This document shows positions 52,393-52,521 of a stretch of DNA of 52,521 bases, one piece after another (position 1 is the stretch's first letter; every line of letters begins with the position of its first letter). Source of the DNA: Candidatus Woesearchaeota archaeon (GTDB lineage: Archaea; Nanobdellota; Nanobdellia; Pacearchaeales; GW2011-AR1); NCBI GenBank assembly GCA_964419275.1, contig CAYQOY010000004.1, forward strand, positions 3,114-55,634, given 5' to 3'. The notes under the pieces are model-generated. The model was given only the letters and a program-made list of their open reading frames with translations. It searched no databases and had not been told where the DNA came from. The position numbers were made by a program, and so were the translations under genes.

Positions 52393-52521
52393 TCATTACG
52401 AAATAAATATATAATTGGATTTATTAAAGTTGCAAAATCTCTTCCCCTGGAATTTTTAAAACTCTGGAAAGGATTTATTTCATACAGAGATATCATTGCA
52501 ATAAATTTGCTTGAATTGTTG

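Noticed and set aside
1-52521. CRISPR array, rRNA, IS elements, inteins, tRNA introns
   Set aside because: No regularly spaced repeats, rRNA-like GC-rich block, transposase motif, intein-sized insertion or intron-interrupted anticodon loop was seen by eye.

Overview
52.5-kb AT-rich archaeal core-genome window, most consistent with a DPANN archaeon of the Pacearchaeota/Woesearchaeota type. This is inferred from gene content and protein style, not from a database search. Start to end: the tail of a pilin-like (class III signal peptide) gene cluster; an orphan HTH regulator; a surface locus (S-layer gene with a long structured leader, two paralogous membrane-anchored proteins, an archaeosortase-family protein, a PAP2 enzyme and a second S-layer-like protein with a C-terminal anchor); sepF, pfdB, rpo12, rpl37ae, tRNA-Pro, ftsZ-secE-spt5-rpl11, FKBP, aIF5A-rpl40e-site-2 protease; rpl1-rpl10-rpl12; tRNA-Thr plus a DinG/XPD-like helicase; three accessory ORFs; an atypical tRNA-Ser; glmS; AMP phosphorylase; the rpl3-secY superoperon (no rnp1, adk, rpl34e, cmk or rpl14e); R15P isomerase; and an N-glycosylation locus (aglH-like, aglB, UDP-GlcNAc 2-epimerase, GT4, truncated FemAB-like). 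No CRISPR array, rRNA or transposase was seen. The most interesting signals are four. (1) A putative S-layer anchoring locus in which the archaeosortase and a catalytically altered PAP2 share one palindromic TATA box placed exactly midway between their start codons. (2) Structured RNA leaders in front of the S-layer, rpl1 and spt5 genes, in a genome where most first genes appear leaderless (TATA at about -29..-22 from ATG) and internal genes are joined by TAA-A-ATG. (3) A tRNA-Ser(TGA) with an extra linker base and leaderless promoter spacing. (4) A possible stand-alone CARF-like protein. All structural and functional proposals were made by eye and need computational confirmation.
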